A DNA stretch of 64,000 nt from Phoronis australis (Eukaryota > Animalia > Phoronida), in the NCBI GenBank assembly GCA_002633005.1, contig NMRA01000129.1, forward strand, positions 244,791-308,790, given 5' to 3'. How positions within the stretch are numbered: position 1 is the first letter of the stretch; every line of letters starts with the position of its first letter. The notes beneath the pieces are model-generated. The model was not told the origin of the DNA, did no database searches, and saw nothing but the letters and a program-made list of their open reading frames with translations. A program made the position numbers and the translations under genes. Below, piece after piece: positions 25,209-40,200 of the stretch.

Positions 25209-28200
25209 ATGTCGACACTTAGTGGACAGAGCTTTCTGCAGCGTATCGAGGTGGGAGATATCACAGCAGTGATTAACTTACTTCAGAGCAGTAGTATTGA
25301 TGTGGAAGAGAAGGATGAGGTGGGTATCTTACTGTATGTGTTCATGTTTGAGTGCCTAGAGGTTTTTTTGCAAAATTCAAGTTAATTGGCACCTGCGCTA
25401 AAGCTTCATTTTTGCACTGCACATTCTTTGTTTTATTATAATGAACTTTCGGTTCTTCTGAAGCCCTGAATTTGCTTTTAGTATGGAACAACAGTACTCG
25501 ATTTGGCGACCTGCAGTTCGCCAATGCAGATTCAGATTGCGTTTAGGCAACCTGGGAAAATCCCAAGTCGCCATGAAGTCACGGCAACGAGTATCAAAGT
25601 GAAGAAATGATTCGCTCGAAGTTCTGTTTTGGCGACCTCAGTTTTCATTTGGTGACTTTGCATTTGGTGAATCGGCACTAAGCAAAGCATCAAGCACTGA
25701 ACAAGTTTTGAAATATTAAGGGTCCTAAGCGAATATACAGTTGGCAGCTTCATAGCAGCTTTAGATTTTCTTCAAGGGCTACTCTGGCAAAGAAGTAAAT
25801 TGTGTCTAATTAACGTTATTGTCATTTTCAGATTGGCCAAACGTTTCTCATGTACGCCTGCCAGCTGGGCAGTCTTACAGTGGTCAAAGAGCTGCTAGAG
25901 AAAGGAGTGGATGTCAACGTAGTGGATAACGTAAGTGATTTACTTGCAATCCCGACGAATGAGAGACTGTCGGTGGTTTGGCACCGTTCACAATTATCCC
26001 CATGTTAACGAGTGCACAAGGCGGTCAAGTCCTGCTAGCTAAGCTTACGCCATAGATTAAATACTCCGTGATGCATCGTGCCATGTTGAAAAAATGCCGC
26101 ACATGGCGCCACCTAGTTTTTATTGCCGTGGCTGGTAGTTGTTTCCATCAAAAGACATGGCAAAGAGGGGGATCGTGGCAGTCCGCTGTATTTTATTCAC
26201 AATATGAAGTTTTCGGAACTTCTCCAGATGATAAGTTTTATAATCTGCTCTAGCTCCAGCCATTGACCAGGAAGTTTCAAACATATACTGATATACAATT
26301 AGACCTGTGTATTCTACACTCGACCTTAGAAGTCAAAAAGAAGTTGTGAAGACCATAAAACCATCTCATTTCCAAAATCTAATTGATTGCTAATAGGGCA
26401 AAGACAAGCACTCATTTAAACATCACTGAAATTTGTTGACAAGAGTTGTTTACATATACACAAACATACAAACGTGAAGACACATGCACGTATTACATAA
26501 AGTCGCATAAAAAAGATGAACGAGTTTCCTTGGAATGCCAGAGGTAACAAGCATCTATTACAAAATGTTAATATGAGTTTTTATTAAAAGTAGTTCAGCA
26601 GTTACAGGTGGATGATTTTTCATTATAACAATCAAATAAATCAAACCCTACATAACCTGACTATATATCATTCCATGAGTTGTTTTGTATTAGTTTTCCA
26701 TGTTTCGGTTACATAAATCAGTAACCAACGGTTCACTACTCCAAAGGTTCACTATTCTGAAAGTTCCCTACTTGAGAGTTTCACCATTCCAAAACCAGGT
26801 CCACGGCTTCAACTGACAGTTCATTACTGCCAATGTCTTCCTACTGAGGCGGAACTTTTATATAAGAGACAGTGCAGTTAACATTGCCTAAGCATCACTA
26901 CACTACTTCTATTTCAGTAAAATTTCAAGCATCAGTTGTCAGCCACTTTCACGTCTGAAGTTATATACAATAAGACTGTCATGGCTAAGTAAACTGTTAT
27001 AACATATGTTATAACAGGTTAATCCTACTCATTTAAAGGCTGGAAAATCAGCCTTCTTTTAATTCACACATTGGTTGCCATTATTTATAACTTTCTATTC
27101 ATTTTGTACATTGTGTTTGAACGCCAAACGAAATCTATGGTCAAGCCCTGCCTTGGTTTAAATCATTTATTACGTTGTTTTAATCAGTAAAAGCCATCTC
27201 GCTTTATTCTCTGACAGTGATTATGAATAACTTTTTAGTTAATTCAAATGTCATTATATTTTGCAGGACAACTGGTCGGCTTTGCTCAACGCTGCCAAGG
27301 AAGGTTGTTCAGACATTGTCGTCACCCTACTAGAAGCAGGGGCAGCCATTGACCACAGGGACATGGTAATTGATATAGCCTTTTGGAGCATATGTGGTGA
27401 TGAGAACCTAGATTTACATTTGTGTGACTGCGGTTTTGCCTTGAATGATTTTCGATTTCATGCGGTACTCAACTGATTCATAAAAAACAGGCTCCTTCAC
27501 AAGTAATTGTATGGGCCTATATTCAGAAAATTTCCCAAGTGGAGGTTTGTAATTGGAGCCAGAGTTTACAAAATTTCATTGGAGCCGGCTTGTTTCAGGG
27601 AAGTTAAAGTGGAAGTCTGGAAGGAAAGCAGATAAAACTTAGCAGTGAATGAATTGTGGCACCATTTCCATTTGAATCGAGACGAAAAGGTTTCGTTGAA
27701 TTTCCTTCAAACCCAGTAGTTTGTTCTGATTTTGTCAATGCAAATCTATGCTCTCCATCTTGTGGTAAACAGTACGCTCGTTTTAACTCATTACAGGGTG
27801 GTTGGACAGCCTTGATGTGGGCGTGTTATAAAGGGCACACCAGTGTGGTGCAGGCTCTATTGGACCGAGGGGCTAGTCCTAACAACAGGGGAGAGGTCAG
27901 TCATGGTCGTCTTTCAGCTTTTGCTATGATTGGAATACAATATCTTTGCACGTATACAGTACATTTAAAAAAAGGTTGACCGATTACGTGGAAGTTCATC
28001 CGGTTTTGTTGAAGTTTTGGCGAAAAACAAGAAGGAAAAGACAAAAAGTAACACTAACAAGATTGTATTTCAATATTTCATCTGAAATTTTTTATTCGTA
28101 ATTTCACTGAAAAGAAATATTGTCAACCTTTTAAAAAATACAGATTGTCAAACTGAATTCTGGGGTCTTTGTCAATGATGTTGAATGTCAAGAGAAAACC

Positions 28201-31200
28201 CGATGACTGTTTCTTCACAGAATGTAATCAACACCCCGTCTGTTACGCAGAGCTGCTTTTGGTGCATTTTTGCTCTGTTGATTTTGCCTGAACTAATTCT
28301 CACCGACGACATGATCAGAGATGAACGCGACAAAGATTTATCTATGTTTTATGTGTTGTAAACTTTAACTGAAATCTTGACACTCTTCAGTTTCTTATGA
28401 TTAAAGCAAGCCTCTGTTTGGCTTGTTCCGTGTGTTTGTCTTATTCTTTTAATTGAATGGTGTCTGAAGCAACGGCTGCTATAAAGAATTAATTATAGTT
28501 GATGGGCTTAATGGCCGTACATCTTGACAATCACACCTTTTTCAGCATCGTGTACCTGCCATCATCTGGGCTGCTGGTCGGGGTCATGCTGAGATAGTGC
28601 GTCTTCTGCTAAACTTTGGAGCCAAAGTGAACACCTGTGACAGGGTATGTGCATCTATGCAATGCGTATTAGCTTAAATATCTGCACGACTGTAGTAAGA
28701 ATTTAACTGAGCAAAAGTTTTTAGTTTTCGATTGTGAAGAGGCTGTAGAATTTGATTTTTGTGTTTTGCTGTTGTTTGGGTCACAGGACCATGTCTTTTT
28801 TAATACAGAAGCAAAAAAGGAAGTACATTCACATCAAAACAAGGGTATCTCCAACATGACTTAAGTTTTCGTGTTCAAGATGAAATTTCAAAATAACAGT
28901 TTCCTAAATTATCTTTTCGTTAACATTTGATGCAACCTAAAGAGGACAATAATTATGCTTTGCTGTACAATTTACGGGGCATAGAACTCATTCTAACTCT
29001 CTGTTGTAGTACGGGACTACACCGCTCATCTGGGCGGCCAGGAAAGGCTTTTGTCGCGTAGTTGATATTCTGTTGGCAGAGGGAGCTAACGTTGATACTG
29101 CTGGCATGGTATGTAACTACGGAGAATGGGAAAGTTTGATTGTGTGTAAGAACGTGCCGGTAATTTCCACACACACACAGCCCCCCTTAATAAAGCCAGT
29201 TGGGCCTCTGTATATAATTTTTGTTATAGTCCCATGGGTTGACTTTTGCTGTCATTGTGTAGTCTGTAGGGTTTCCCAAAGTGAATATGATCAGGGAGTG
29301 TCAAACAAAGATATAGGTTGTATCAGCATGTTTGTGTGTTGTCTACAAAATTAGATTTACTTATGGCACCTTTGGTACCATAAACTCTCATTACTGCAGA
29401 ATTGATACTGACTCATTTATAAGCCCGCTGTATCCGACAGTATGCCCGCACTTATGTTTAAGTTGCTACAAAGGTAAGAATGTGGCATTTTCTAAATAGT
29501 TATATGCCCTGGGGCAACAACGAATAAAAACAATTTTGTTCCTAAGTAACTGAAGATTTACTGAAAAGCTGTGTCATTTCATCCTTTAATTGCTAAGTGC
29601 CCATTAGTCTACGAGTGCTATGATCCGCATGTCAGTGGCCTTCATGCATTGCACCTCGAAATAAAGTTGTCACATATTCGTTGAAACTGGCGTGAACGAT
29701 GAAGGAACAATGAACCGTTATTGTTCTTGTGTTGCAGAACTCATGGACTGCCCTGCTGATGGCCTGTAAGGGTGGCTATACAGACTGTGTGCGCTCAATA
29801 CTGGAACACAATCCCAATGTGAACGCCATGGACAAGGTGACGCCATCTTTTGAGCAAATGCAGTCTTCTTTGTGACCTCTCTTTTACTCCCTTGTACCAT
29901 ACATTCATGACCTGCCTATAGTTTCTATTGCCTCTCTAGCACTCACTTGAAGAAGAACTGTTCATACTAGAAAGCTAGTGCTTTTATTTTTATTTGTATT
30001 TTGTATGGGAGAATAAAGTTGCATTTTACACCACGTGTATACGGTTTCACTACATTAAATGTGATTGTTTTATCTGTTGCATTGTTTGTTGAGTCGACTT
30101 TTGCTGTCTGTGTGCAGGATGGTTTAACTGGACTGGCAATTGCTGCCAAGGATGGTCATGTGGAAATTGTTAAGGATCTGTTAGGCAAGGGGGCTTATGT
30201 CAATGTTACTGAGAGGGTGAGTTGAGCAACTGGTAACCCTGGTAACCGTTACATTGCTGTGTACTCTGCCACATCTAAGTGAAAATGTCAGTTATTTACC
30301 CATTTTAGGCGGCTTAAAAATATTTTACAAAGATGGCTTCCTTACACAAGTGGTACGTTAACAGGGCTGCTAACTGTTAAAGGTTGAGCTGTCAAATTCT
30401 ATGTACTTTTAGGGTCTAGAAATAGATGCATAATGGGCTATGAAATGTTGCAGACTTAAAGCGTTCATTCCTCTTTAAAAGTCAGCTGAAAGTAAAAAAT
30501 TAATACGTTTTGCAGCTAGCAAAACTGTTAAGATGGGCAGCCTTCAGTTATGTATTACATCATTTGTGTCTGTCCCTCAGCTTTAGTGGTGGTGTTATGG
30601 TCGACAGTGCTAGTGGTGATTTGTACAACCAATAACACAAGCATGATCTAAAGAGTTTGTAATACACTGTTTGCAATTATTGAAACCGATCAAGTTATGA
30701 AATAGAGCAATTTAAAGTTACAGTTGAAACTTGTAAATTGTCAGGAAACTTGACAGGGTAATGAAGATATTCAACATCCAGTTCAGCAGAAGTCAGCCAA
30801 ATTATCCCGCTATAGCTATATCCAGGCACCTGTTTGAATGAATGCTTCGTAACTAAGAGTTGGATTAAAAAGTATAATTTAAATTAAATTACAAGCAAAA
30901 CTCATTAGTAGCATAGTCATGCTGTCTCTTCTGGTGTTGCAGGATAATGACTCGATATTGATCCGTGCAGTACGAGGCGGACATTATGAAATAGTCCAAG
31001 CTCTTTTAGGCAAGTCTGCCGATGTGGATCATGTTGGAGCTGTAAGTAGTCCTGTTGTCATCATGTTGTCATCATGTTGTGTTGTGTTGTGGTTGTGGTT
31101 GTGTTGTGGTCGGGGTTGTGGTCGTGGTTGAGTTGTCGTGGTTGTGTTATGGTCATGTGTTGTGTTGTGTTGTGGTCATGGTTGTGTTGTGGTCGTGGTG

Positions 31201-34200
31201 GAGTTGTGGTCAGGGTGGTGTTGTGGTCGTGGTGGTGTTGTGGTCATTGTTGCGGTTGTGTTATGGTTGTGATTGTGTTGTGGTTGTGTTCATGGTAGTG
31301 TTGTGATCGTGGTTGTGTTGTGGTCATGGTCATGGTTGTGCTTATGTTGTAGTTGTGTTGTGGTCGTGGCTATGATTGTGTTGTGGCCGTGGTTGTGTTG
31401 TGATTGTGATTTTGTAACGGTTGTAGTTGTGGTGTGGTCGTGGTTATGGTGTGATCGTGGTTGTTGTGTGGTCATGGTGGGGTCATGGTCTTGGTTGTGA
31501 TTGTGGTTGTGTTTTGGTCGTGGTCGGGGTTGTGTTGCGGTCAGGTTGTGTCATGGTCATGGTTGTGTCGTGGTTGTGTTGTGGTCGTGATTGTGATTGT
31601 GCTGGTGTTATGGTCATGGTTCTGGCTAATGACATGTTGTGCCTGGTGCCAAGTTTTTGACCAGTCTAATGAAGTAGTAACTGCAATTTTTGTTCGTGTG
31701 GCCTGCAGCTTGTCCTTGGTGTGTTAGCATCAATTATAGAAGGTGTTAAGAAAAAATGAGAGTGCCAAATTTTTTATTGCAGGGTTAACTGTAGAGTGGT
31801 TTCTTTTGTTACGATGACCTCTTAAAATTGTTTTTTATGCGCCCACATATTTATATGTGGACGCATTATGCCGTCATCTCTGTCCGTCCGTCCGTCCGTC
31901 CGGGCGGCGTCCGTCCGGCGTCTGGCGTCCGGCGTCCGCTGCTCTATCTCCAAAACCCTTTGACATACATTCATGAAATTTGGCGCATATGTTCCATTCA
32001 TGAATGGGACGGCATGTGCGAATTTTCGGACGGATCTGACTTCCGGTGTGCCCCCTAGTGGCAATTTTAGTTTTTTACGCTTACCTTTGTATCTTCAAAA
32101 GTCCTGAACGGATTTTCATGAAATTTGGTATGTAGGCATCTAGTAGTGAGATGACGCTATCCTGCCGTTTTCGGATGGATTCGACATAGTTTGCGCCACC
32201 TAGTGGCCATTTTTAGTGTTTTCGAGTCTGTTTTTGTGCTTCCACCCCTCTATCAACCAAACCGCTCGAAGGATGATTGTGAAAATTGGCATGTATGTGC
32301 TTACTATGTAGAGGACGGTTNNNNNNNNNNNNNNNNNNNNNNNNNNNNNNNNNNNNNNNNNNNNNNNNNNNNNNNNNNNNNNNNNNNNNNNNNNNNNNNN
32401 NNNNNNNNNNNNNNNNNNNNNNNNNNNNNNNNNNNNNNNNNNNNNNNNNNNNNNNNNNNNNNNNNNNNNNNNNNNNNNNNNNNNNNNNNNNNNNNNNNNN
32501 NNNNNNNNNNNNNNNNNNNNNNNNNNNNNNNNNNNNNNNNNNNNNNNNNNNNNNNNNNNNNNNNNNNNNNNNNNNNNNNNNNNNNNNNNNNNNNNNNNNN
32601 NNNNNNNNNNNNNNNNNNNNNNNNNNNNNNNNNNNNNNNNNNNNNNNNNNNNNNNNNNNNNNNNNNNNNNNNNNNNNNNNNNNNNNNNNNNNNNNNNNNN
32701 NNNNNNNNNNNNNNNNNNNNNNNTTTTTTTGCGCCCATGGCTGTATCTCCCAAACCGTTTGCAGGATCTTTACTAAATTTAGCAAGTGTATTTATGTGAT
32801 GTTGACAACGGACGATGACGACTTTAGGATGATTCTGACTACCGGTATGCCTCTAGTGGCAATTTAAATATTTCACATTGACCTCTGTATTTTCATAGGT
32901 CTTCAGGTGTATACTTTGTGTTACTTCGTGACTATGAAGGAAAAGTTCCAAGTAGAAATTTGTTTCTGGCATTCTAATGCTGTGCTAATCTCGTATGTTG
33001 GTAAATTTGTTTTTAATTCTATGTTTCTGTGGTGCTTTAAGCAACTGATGCATAGGATGTGCTTGTATTATGAAGATCACTCACATTTTGAAACCTAGCC
33101 TATTGAGGAGACAATGACCATGCCTTTCCATTTTGCAAAGTACAACATACTACATATGCCTCTACTGGCCACTTTATGGTACCAATAAACAACCCTAGAA
33201 GGATACCGTATACGGTGCAATTGTGGGCGCATTTCAACGCTCTGCGTTGCTCTTGTTAGTTAATGCATAGAGCATTTTTTGTTTAATATTACGGAGTCTA
33301 ATTTTAAAAGGTTTTAAGAAATTATCCGTAATGTTATGTCTAAAATCATTGAATTAATTCATTACATTTCTGTCACAGGAAAACAAAACTGCCTTGTTTT
33401 GGGCAGTGGATAAAAATGATGTTGACCTTGTTAAATTGTTGCTGAAATATGACCCAGACCTGGAAGTGTCATGCACGGTAAGATTTGTATGCGCTGTTTA
33501 AAGTTGAACATACTCATACAGTGTGAATTGTTAGCTTTTTTTCGTGGATTTTTTGAAAAAGAAAATGTTCTCAATTTTCTGTTGCTACACGTAAAATTTT
33601 GTTGTGCCAAATATGATTGCAGTTTAATTTATTTCTGTCAAATACTTGGCAAATCTTTAGAGGTCTTATGGTGTTCCATGTTTTTAGCAACTTTGAGCGT
33701 TGATTTCTCTTTAGTGAGCGGTTTAATTCAAATAAAAGTTTGCACACGTCATTTATTCTATGGTCCATGGCCGAGCATTCGGGGTGGGAGTTGTGATGGC
33801 GTTCTTAGTTCGCACTCAGATCATGTGCCATGCATTGTGATGTGAAGTGACCATTCTGTTATGGTGTTCTGTTTGACCATTATACCTGAGGATGATATTT
33901 GACTAATGTAGAAACATCGTTTCCATGTTGCACTCTGGCGTCGTTTTTTGTTTTCCAATTCTTACTTTTAATTTGGCCAAAAACTATTATTTTTTATTTC
34001 TCTTCAAATATCGATGATGTCAGCTGTCAGAATTGAAGATTTCGGGTGTTGTTTTAAGGGACTTCGACGACTGATATCTGTGTTGTTTCAAGATAAAGAA
34101 GTGGGATGCATGTTTCTCTTTGTATCAACAATAAGAATAATTGATATATAGTTCAAACACAAAGTTCAAGTGTTTTTAGAAATTAATGTTTAAAGCACAA

Positions 34201-37200
34201 AATGACAGTTTTTAGAAAAAAATGGTGTTAGCGTGATCATCTTACCAAATATCAAGTTTTTTCAGCGATTAAAGATTCAGAAAATACGTACTTTTGTGTA
34301 TAAATATTAAGAATGAACACTTGAAAAGATATTGGACACACCACGAAAGGTCTTCTTGTGAGGTTGACAATTGGAGACTTTATTGTCACTAGGTGGCACT
34401 AATAAATTTATTGTTTTTAACTTCTTAATAGACTGAGAGCAAGAAGCAGTTCATCAAGAACATGGCGACGTCTGTGGGCATAGGGTCCGGCATGACTACC
34501 TAATATGCTCTCCACCTGCCTGTCGCTTGATGTTTCATCATCAATTTTTGGTCACGATTTGTGCCCTTAAAAAGACGTGGTCACGTGACCCTATTGATGG
34601 CAAATTAATAATTTCTGCCAGTTTTCCACTTTCAGAAAATATGAATATTTTTCTGTGTTAGAATCTGTAGTTTAGTAGATTTTGGGTTAAATGCTGAACA
34701 CAGAATTTTAGATCAGGTCCTACTTGACCTTTAATGGTTGTTTTGCAGAGAAACTTGTCAAAATAAATTTTATCCTGTATCTGACATATGTTGTGCGAAT
34801 TAGGAAGAATTATCATACCCAGATGCTTACAGCACTCCCACTATTTCACTGGTGCCACCTGGTGATCATTGAGCTCATCATTATCCTAAATTGCAGGATG
34901 GCACTACTGTCTTATTGAAAGCTGTAAAGAACAGAAACGTAGATCTAGTGCGCCTTCTACTGGACAAAGGGGCCAAGCCCTCTGCTGTTGACAAGGTCAG
35001 AGTATTAACCACATGCCGTGTGCTATTTTTATATGTTTGCTTGTTGTCTAAGTTCTACGGGCAAAAGTTTCCTAATTTAGCTGTTTTGATAGTCATTTTT
35101 TACCACATTCCCGAAATTGGCTTGGAGTTGGAATCTTTAGTCAAGAATGATATCAATTTTGTAAGACGGTTCTTCAACTTGGAATTAAGTCAGTCATCAG
35201 ATGTAGACAAAATAAGTTAACTCAGATTGAGATCAAAATGTTCTGTAAAATTATAGTCTTAGCTTTGGTATGTAACCTTTGCACACCAGTTTTTGTGTTG
35301 GGTGCATGTGCTAGTTGTCTTGAATATGAAGTGTGGTTCTTGTTTTTTGATGTGTTTCCTGCCACTGTATCTATCAGTATGCCCAGAGATGTGTTCCTGC
35401 TACAATACTGTTCACTACATTTGTCCATAAATTGTGTCGAAATTTGTCTAATGTTTGCCTCTCACGCTTAGTCACATCGAAGATATTTATTAGTGAACAT
35501 AAATTGTGAGGTAATTAACATAAATTTTTTCATCCTAAATTCCATTAATTATTCGAGGAGTAGATATCTGTCAGGTTTTCTTGAAAACAAATTTTTACAG
35601 TAGATCTCTTGACCTCTTGACCTCTGATTAGTATCTGGTACAACTTTATCATGCTCTTCTTTATGTTTTTAGAGAGGTGACAACGCACTGCATATCTGTC
35701 TCAGGGCTCACCACCGTAAGCTAGCGGAACAGTTGCTCAGAAATCCCAAGGAGAGTCGACTGTTGTACTGTGCCAATGGTGCTGGCGAGACGCCATACAA
35801 CATTGATGCATCACTCAAGAAGAGTATCCTCACACAGATTTTCGGTGCCCGTGAGTACCAGATATGAAATGTTGCTCGTTTGAAGCAGGATGCTCGTTTT
35901 GAACTAGTTCATCCTTCTGTCGACCACATTCGTCTTGCAGAATAAGTGCAAATACCACTATTAATGATCTGTCTATTAGTTAGTTGTTGACTGTTTTTGT
36001 GGTACTTGAAATCCAAAGAGATTTTAATTCCTTGACTTTTAGCTCTCTATCTTATAGTTTTTAAGAACAGAGTCTTTGAAAATGATTAAAATTTTGAATT
36101 AACAAATAATAACTTTTTGTATTGTGTTTGCAGCCAATTTTCTCTGAATTCCATTTTCTCCTTTCCCTGTTATATGAACAACTGTATGAGTCTAACCTTA
36201 CTTAGCTATTCCTAGATTTGTTAACATTTGACCACATTACCAGCTATTTCACCAAGGTTCTCTAAAAAGCTCACACATTTCCTCCACTTTTTGATCATAT
36301 TTGACACTGAAATCTGATCCTTATTTTGACAGGGAACTTGAATGCTGCCGAGTTGTCGGAGAACTTACTCGGCTATGACTTATACAGCAGCTCGCTGGCA
36401 GACGTACTCAGTGAGCCTACGATGCACACTCCTATGACAGTCGGTTTGTTCGCCAAGTGGGGCAGTGGAAAGTCATTCTTGTTAAGTCATCTGCAAGGTT
36501 TGTTGTTTTCTCATGTATGAAACAACAATAACTAATTTGTTACTTGAAATTTCCTTAAAACTGTATTTCCGCGGTATTAAGATGTCAAAAATGAATTAGC
36601 CTAAGGCCACTTTTGTTCATAAAATCTGTCTCCTGATACTCCACGCAATGATAGAACTCGGGATTTTTACCATCAATAAGAACATCGAAACCAGCGGCGA
36701 CTCAAAAAAACGCTTCCGATTTTGTTGGGCAAAAAGTCTACATTCTGTGGGAAAAATAACTACTTGGAAAACGATAATTATGTCCTGGAAATTTCATGGA
36801 AAATAGGAATGATATGAGTGGGAACCGTCATTGAATGCCTTGAAGATCATAACATGATGCGATATTAATCATGATATGATGATACGAAATTACTCCAGTC
36901 TTTGGCATCGCTTACTCAGACAGTACGTTTGGTACTATCAAAATCCTTATTATTTTCCACAATGCTCACAGGATATGACTGTCTCGAGTTCTTATCAGCA
37001 TTCTACAAACAGCCAGTAGTCTGTAGGGTGACTGGTTACGTCTCAGTTAAGATTTTTTAAGTGTCATGTTGTCAAAATGTTTCTAATTCTCTAATTTATG
37101 ATAAATTTTCTCTTCTTTTCTTTGGGACTTTCAACATAGCGTTGAGGAAGCAAAATGAATTACGATGAAATTTGTCAATCTTCTCGAAAATCTACTTTAC

Positions 37201-40200
37201 TACAAAACCTTAACAGAGGGCTGAGACAACAGGACAAATGACCTGGTTTCTCTTCTCGAGGCTGGACTCGAATATTGACCAATCGCACTCTTCGAGTTCT
37301 TAGTTTTTGCATTGTATGCAATGTGTTGGATCAATGTTCTAGTCAGTCTCCAGTAAAGCTTGGTGGCCACAGGCTTTGGTTACACCAACCATCACTAGTT
37401 AGTGACATATTGGTCTGGTTACAGCCGAGATGGAGGCATTCGCCCAGAGTCCACAAGACATCTACTTTGAATTCTCCTACTTCATCTTCATCCTGGTACT
37501 TCTCATTTCCTCCATCGTTGGCGTGACTGTAGGCATGTTTGCCTGGAACTGGCAGGCAGGTCTGGGCTCTGGCATAGGTCTCTTCATGTTCTGTTATCTG
37601 TTGATGGGTAAGTTTTTGCTATCATTTTTTTAGTGTTACATTATTATGGATTTTGATTTTTGTTAGTGTGGGTCTTTGTCAACTACTACCTTAATTGAGC
37701 AAAGCCATTTCTCGAACATGAACTAGCCTCATCGTCTAAGGGTTTTTTCTTTGGTTGAACACTAAAGCATGGTTTAATAAATTAATATTGCTAATATTGC
37801 TAGAACTGCCACCACCGTGGCTATTAATTGTTAGTAAGACGAATATCTGACTAGTATGTAATGACTCATCTGATGGTTGCTTAGGGTATTCTCGTACAGA
37901 AAAGGGTTGTTATCATGGTAAAAATTCTTCAATTTGGGTAAAAGTAATTGTCGTTTATCGTCCAATTTGTACACTCTACTACGATTGGTTGAAAATTCTC
38001 TGTTTAGTAACAGTACAAACCATGTACTATGCTTTCAACAAAGTTTAATTTTCATACCTTTACTTTTTTGTTAATAAAATTATGCGGGACCTTTTCTCGA
38101 TGTTTTCTCTTTAGAATTTTTCTCATGCTTGCACAGTATCAGTCTTGTCATATTCCTCTTACAGGCACACTTTGGTTTATATTCAACTTTAAGGATTGGA
38201 CCTGGACTGACAAGATCAGCATGTATCTTGGACAAAAGATCTGTTCTCTATCTCTCTTGCTGCAGATGTTATTTTGCAACCAGCCACGGAATGCATACTT
38301 AAAACAAAAAACAACGGGTATCAGGTAAGATACACGTATTCCTTGGGCTGGTAAACAATAAGATGCCATGGGTACATATTTGTTTGTGCTCAGATAAATG
38401 GATTCAGAGATATGATACCGTAACCTCCCAAATTGTTGTCGTTCATGGACCCAAGTTTGGCGAATAATATGGTTAAAATTCACAATTAAGCCAAATGTCT
38501 TGTATTTTATACATAATCGAAACGAATCATGATTTTCGATCTGGGTACAAAATATCCCCAGTCTGGTTTCCATTGCATTCCTTAACAATTATCACTGAAT
38601 AATGTAATGTGGATACCTGGAACAATTTTATCCGCAATCATTGTTAGATAATCTAAGGACATGCGACTTTAGGTATTTTCTGCACCCAGATTAAAGATTA
38701 TGATTCCTTTTGATGTATAACGTACCAAAAAGTGGGTCCAGTTTCAAATTTTAGCACACCTTATTTGCCAAACTCTGGTTCAGCTACTTGAAAGTGCCCA
38801 ATGCCGTACTTGTTTTGTTTAAATTTTAATAATCATTAAGAATCATGGTAGTAATAATAAGGACGATAGTGGTACTACTTCAACATGTGTTCTTGTTAAC
38901 TGTTTACACACAAGCCAATCCTTTTGTTCCGTCCAGGTTCTTGTTCACTGAGAAAACAAAGCTGACCAGTGTGGGCGGGGAAAAGTCTATAGCTGCCATG
39001 ATTGGCACTTTGTCCGACTCAGTAGAGAAAACGTATGGCGTAATTGCCACCAGGCTGTTTAGGGCGTTTGGTCCCTCAAAATGTGAGTATTGGGCTTCAT
39101 TCCATATCAGATTATTGTCTATCATATATTCCCATATTTAGGCACATGTGCTTGACTGTATGCAAATCATGCCAGAATTAGATGCCTACACCTACATGTG
39201 AAGTGCTCGAGTAAAACCTAGGTGCAAACTATCGTGATTTTAAAACGGTGTCTAGTTTAGCTTACCCATTGCAGTTGATAAGGACAATTAAACAGTCAAA
39301 ATTTTTATATATTTATATTGTGTGAGGCTTAGGTGCCTTTTAAAAATGTTTGTTCTTTGAATCAACTCATTAGTTAAAGGCACATGGTCCTAAATCCACA
39401 CCTAACGTATTGACAATATAGCAGGTGTTAAATTTTTGTCAAAAGCGTCTATGAAAAACAGGACAATCCGCAGATAAAGTTGTTTGCAATTTATACAAAG
39501 CAGACGATAATTTTCTATTACTGATAGATAAAGAATAAGGTAGAAATAAATGAAAATAAGAGGAAAGTGTTTTCTTGTGACTAGCTCTGATTTACTGTCA
39601 TCTTGTGTTGTTTACAGCTCCGCAAGGGTGCTGTTCTCGGTTCAAAGGCATCTGCTGCCTTCCTTACTTTCTCATAGCCATCCTACAGCTGTTTACCATC
39701 ATCGTCAGCATCGGTCTTCTCTTAAAATACGGCATCCATTCCGGCAACATTGCCGTCAACAGCTCGCTCATCACGCTAGCCGTGTTCACCGGGATTGTCT
39801 TCATCGCCAACGTTTACAACTGGGCACAAATGATCATGGCGCTGGCACAATCTCAACAGACTCGCATTCTGAAAGCATCCAATCAGCTGGAGGCACTGAA
39901 GCCGGAGGGTTTCCTACAAGTGTTGAAGTCGGAAGTCCAACTGATGGTCCGCACGGTCAAGTGCATGGACTCGTTCAGTGGGCACCAGTCCAGATTAGTG
40001 GTGATCCTGGACGGACTGGACAGTTGTGAGCAAGAAAAGGTGATGAGGATGTTGGACATGGTAAACAGTCTGTTCTGTGATGCCGACTCGCCATTCATCA
40101 CCCTGCTGGCCGTCGACCCTCACATTATTATCAAGGGTATTGAAAGTAATCTACACAGAGTGTTTCATGATTCCAGCATCAACGGACATGACTACCTCAG

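Noticed and set aside
31055-31727. Val/Cys/Trp-rich and His/Thr-rich ORFs
   Set aside because: Translations of a G/T low-complexity tract inside an intron.
32191-32867. Long ORFs containing X runs (also 57606-58508)
   Set aside because: They are open only because they cross N gaps.
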